Source of the DNA: a virus
Taxonomy: Duplodnaviria > Caudoviricetes
Strand: one strand, 5' to 3'
Virus record (IMG/VR): IMGVR_UViG_3300009095_000067
Coordinates: 1 to 25,015 of that record
Length of the DNA stretch: 25,015 bases
Position 1 is the stretch's first letter. The number at the start of each line of letters is the position of its first letter. The notes beneath the pieces were generated by a model. It searched no databases. It was not told the DNA's origin and worked only from the letters and a program-made list of their open reading frames with translations. A program made the position numbers and the translations under genes. Below are positions 23,656 through 25,015 of the stretch, in pieces.

Positions 23656-24548
23656 TGGCGGCACCTATGAGCGCTAGCAAGCTTGTCAAGATCCTGAAGG
23701 CCGAGGGCCTGAAGGTAGTCGAGGTGGGCAACTGGCGAGAGCACAACCGAAACCACAAGGGACCGTTCGGACCCATCAACGGTGTGATGATCCACCACAC
23801 CGTCACGAAGGGCAGCAAGAACACGGTGGACATCTGCTACAGGGGCTACGCGGCCCTGCCGGGGCCGCTGTGCCATGGAGTGATCACCAAGGACGGGGTG
23901 GTGCACCTCGTCTCCAGCGGGCGAGCCAACCATGCCGGACTGGGAGATGACGACGTACTTGACGCCGTCATTGATGAGCGTGAGGCTCCGGTCGACAATG
24001 AGGCCAACACCGACGGCAATCGTCGCTTCTACGGGTTTGAGTGCGAGAACCTGGGGGACGGCAAGGACCCATGGCCCGACGTTCAGGTGGATGCGATGGT
24101 GCGCGCAAGCGCAGCCATCTGCCGCCACTATGGCTGGAACGCCAACAGCGTCATCGGCCACAAGGAGTGGCAGCCCGGCAAGATCGACCCTCGCGGCGAC
24201 GACTTCGACAACATGGACTCCTTCCGTGACCGCATCGACAGGCGTCTCGGCGTGAAGCCGAGTGCTCCCAAGCCTGCGGCCAAGCCGAAGCCTGTCTACG
24301 CTCCGTTCCCCGGCAGGGGCTTCTTCCGCCTTGGGCAGAAGCATGACCTAATCACCGAGCTGGGTAAGGCGCTCGTGAGGGCCGGATGGAGGGGCTACAA
24401 GATCGGGCCAGGTCGAGAGTTCACCAGGACTGACATCAAGGCCGTCGCCTGGTTCCAGCGCAAGCAGGGCTGGACCGGAAGCGACGCTGACGGGTACCCG
24501 GGCCCGGAGACGTGGAAGCGACTGAAGGTCGCTCAGCCAAAGAAGTAA
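23655..24548 (+). CDS. Endolysin: N-acetylmuramoyl-L-alanine amidase (Amidase_2) with C-terminal PG-binding domain
   Basis: IHHT, GRANHAG, GFECEN, GHKEW..GKIDP; FQRKQGW..ADGYPGPETW. Confidence 0.92.
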   Translation: MAAPMSASKLVKILKAEGLKVVEVGNWREHNRNHKGPFGPINGVMIHHTVTKGSKNTVDICYRGYAALPGPLCHGVITKDGVVHLVSSGRANHAGLGDDDVLDAVIDEREAPVDNEANTDGNRRFYGFECENLGDGKDPWPDVQVDAMVRASAAICRHYGWNANSVIGHKEWQPGKIDPRGDDFDNMDSFRDRIDRRLGVKPSAPKPAAKPKPVYAPFPGRGFFRLGQKHDLITELGKALVRAGWRGYKIGPGREFTRTDIKAVAWFQRKQGWTGSDADGYPGPETWKRLKVAQPKK

Positions 24549-24557
24549 GGAGGGCAC

Positions 24558-25015
24558 ATGGCGCTGACCATCGACAAGGTCGCCCAGAAGGTGGAGAGCC
24601 TTCGTCGTGCTGCCGCAGATCGCGACCAGCGTCAGCGCGATGTCCACGATGTTCGCTCCGGCGACATCGAGACGGTGATGCCTGGGGCCATGCCTGATGC
24701 ATGGCCCAAGCCGATCGTTGCCAACATGATCGACACGGCGGCTCGCGACATGGCAGAGGTCATGGGCGCGATGCCGAGCATCAACTGTGCCTCTGGCGTC
24801 ATCACCACCGACAAGGCGAAGAAGTTCTCTAGCAAGCGCACCAAGATTGCCAATGCCTACGTACAGCAGAGCAAGCTGCACTCCGGGCACCAGGTGACCT
24901 TCTGCGACTACTACAACACGTTCGGCATGGCGGTCTACGTCGTCGAGCCGGACTTCGAGGACAAGGTTCCTCGCATCCGAGTGGAGTCCCCACTCGGCAT
25001 CTATCCAGAGATGGA
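24558..25015 (+). CDS. Portal protein (3' truncated by window)
   Basis: AAGGAGG RBS, ATG 24558; MALTIDKVAQKVESLR...PIVANMIDTAARD; frame open to the window end; position after terminase. Confidence 0.7.
   Translation, partial: MALTIDKVAQKVESLRRAAADRDQRQRDVHDVRSGDIETVMPGAMPDAWPKPIVANMIDTAARDMAEVMGAMPSINCASGVITTDKAKKFSSKRTKIANAYVQQSKLHSGHQVTFCDYYNTFGMAVYVVEPDFEDKVPRIRVESPLGIYPEM

Overview
GC-rich actinobacteriophage DNA, most consistent with a lytic Streptomyces podovirus-like phage. It resembles cluster BF-type organisation; this is inferred from gene content and order, not from a search. The window seems to cross the genome end or circularisation junction. Order: end of the late + strand operon (tail proteins, a translationally coupled membrane/PG-binding/Lys-rich/holin cassette, terminator at ~3450); a - strand replication/nucleotide module (dCMP deaminase, DUF1599-like, split primase, Holliday junction resolvase, DnaB-like helicase, SSB-like, Cas4/RecB-like nuclease, WhiB-like; no DNA polymerase); a + strand island (metallophosphoesterase and sigma-like factor); a - strand early region of small genes (ArdA-like DNA mimic, lipoprotein, HTH, paralogue trio); ~2 kb of non-coding control/terminal DNA; then terminase, amidase endolysin and the start of the portal. 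The most interesting signals are non-coding: (1) a tRNA-like gene with a 5-nt anticodon loop inside a ~310-nt structured intergenic region; (2) a conserved long hairpin plus an extended ACAAGGGAGAGA RBS before most early genes; (3) three tandem early promoters with rRNA-leader boxA-like elements; (4) paired CRP-consensus sites before the late operon; (5) a helicase that appears to start at ATT, or by readthrough of one TAG from a membrane peptide. All structures were read by eye and no computation was run.
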